Shown here piece after piece: positions 62,401-64,000 of a stretch of 64,000 nt of DNA. Source of the DNA: Anthoceros angustus. Lineage: Eukaryota > Plantae > Anthocerotophyta. The DNA lies in NCBI GenBank assembly GCA_010909165.1, contig MU008162.1, forward strand, positions 1,922,001 to 1,986,000, in the 5' to 3' direction. A program made the translations under genes and the position numbers. The notes below the pieces were generated by a model. The model saw only the letters and a list, made by a program, of their open reading frames with translations. It did not search any database and was not told the DNA's origin. Numbering within the stretch: the first letter of the stretch is position 1; every line of letters starts with the position of its first letter.

Positions 62401-63434
62401 ATTGCCATCTATGATCAGGCCTCATCCCAGCGAATGTTCAGGTGGTGATTTGGATGGAGACGAGTATCATGTAATCTGGGACCCTCGCCTGATTCCTTCA
62501 AAAGTGGACGCACCTATGGACTACAAACCACCTCCAGATACAAAACTGGATCATATACCTACGATTCAGGTACTGCTCATTCACATGCTTATTTGAAAAG
62601 CACACGGTAGGGCTTGAACATATCTCATGGTCTCCCCCCTTCATGCAGGAAATCAAAACTTTCCACGCAGATTCTTCTATGAACCCGGCACTTGGTGTCA
62701 TCACAAATGCGCATGTTGTTATGGCAGACAAATCTCCTGCCCGAGCTCGAGACAAACGGTGTGTGCAACTCGCAGAGTTGTGCTCAATTGCCGTTGATTT
62801 TCCTAAAACAGGTATTCCAGCGTATCTACCAACGGACCTGAAACCCAAAGAGTACCCAGATTTTATGGAAAAGGAGCACACAGAGATCACGTATGAGTCC
62901 ACCACTATCTTGGGAAAGCTCTGGAGGCAGGTCAAACGGTCAGGACTGGAGTTACTTCCAGAGTTTATATCTCCGACAAAGGACTCTATATCCCGAGCCT
63001 TTAGTCCCTCTTTTGTTGTAGATGGGTATCAGGATTATCTAGAGATCGCGGAAATTCATAAGAACTGGTACGACAAGAAGCTGATTGGATTGATGAATCG
63101 GTATGGGATCAAGAGTGAGTCTGAGATCTGTTCAGGTTTCATTTTAGGCCTGTCTCCTCGATATCGCAAGCGGGGTGCGGACGAACAGGAGAGAATTGCT
63201 GGGGTCATGAAAATTCTCTCCAACGAAGCGAGGACGACCTTCGAAGACGACCAGGGCAACGAACAGGAGGCCAATGCGAAGGTTTCGGCCTATTATTATG
63301 TGACTTATCACGAGACCTACTACGAGAAGAGTTTATCAGCAAGTGGGTCAAATGTGCACCTGCTGAGTTTCCCATGGCTGTTTTGGGAGCGGCTCGTGAG
63401 CATCAAGGGAGCCAAAGGTGCCCCAGCCCAGTGA
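59489..63434 (+). CDS. RNA-dependent RNA polymerase, RDR-alpha (RDR1/2-like); exons ~59489-60070, 60341-62313, 62419-62569, 62649-63434
   Basis: N-terminal RRM-like region; TPSRILF.GPELEPSNRVTRHF, FLRVVFVEED, FSTSQLRE, KYAARMGQCFS, FSDGIGKIS, IRYGGYKGV, PCLHPGDIR, catalytic ECSGGDLDGD (DLDGD at 62447-62461), VDFPKTG and LSFPW. Confidence 0.96.
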
Positions 63435-64000
63435 CTTTTTTCTTTGGGCAGCGTTGGCTTGATGATCTGATACGACCTCTTTCCAAGCATTTTCTGCAGA
63501 GGTGGAATAGATACTTCAGTAGAATTTTGTCTCTGTCGCCTGGGGAGGTTCTCTACAAGATTTTGAAAACCAAGTGTATCCCATCTGATCATTTCCCTCA
63601 TAGAGTTATCTATGAGGGTGACATCATGCCTTCCTGATCACTAGGAACAGGGTAGTCTAATTGCATCATCCTGCGTGGGCCACAGGCTGATCTCTTTGCT
63701 TGCTCTCTCTGTGATTGCCTTCAATGCGCAGTAGGAATGTCTAGTCAGGAGACTTCAAACTTTAACCATTTCAAGACCTGCAGATTGTTACTGACGTTTG
63801 GATGACACCACTCTCGGAGCACCCTTGCTTGTAGTAGACCTAATACCTTTCTACTCCATCGAGCTGTTCCCTGGTGGTGGTACTCCACCAGACTGAAGTT
63901 TGGTTGCTGGTGGTAGTCCTCTACCAAACTGTTTTTTAGGATAACTATACAACTTGGCTGAAAGAGTGTGTGGACTTATTTGTTGTCGGACTCCATTGTA

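Overview
Eukaryotic plant DNA, probably a compact-intron non-seed plant such as a Selaginella-like lycophyte. This is inferred from 60-110 bp introns and the TE types. Intact genes: RPLP0/uL10 (-) head-to-head with the Brix-domain 60S factor RPF1 (+) at 0-3.7 kb; two RPL12/uL11 copies; one intact and one pseudogenised tRNA-splicing endonuclease SEN2; and an RDR1/2-clade RNA-dependent RNA polymerase at 59.5-63.4 kb. From 3.7 to 44 kb lies a nested transposon island. It includes a ~10-kb TIR DNA transposon (7476-17608) inserted in a Ty3/gypsy. That element carries a degenerate Sola/DUF7869-like transposase and, divergently, a large gene whose C-terminal part has the motif order of a bacterial-type N4C/N6A DNA amino-methyltransferase, which is the most novel-looking signal here. 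From ~22.77 to ~58.66 kb is a giant palindrome (137-bp spacer at 50477-50613) that duplicates RPL12/SEN2. Its left arm is interrupted by a 19.9-kb nested Copia with AG...CT LTR ends, a CCTCT TSD and an empty site in the right arm. Arm identity looks patchy, suggesting arm-to-arm gene conversion. Several staggered, indel-riddled tandem duplicates look like long-read assembly artefacts. Identity values are by-eye estimates, not computed.
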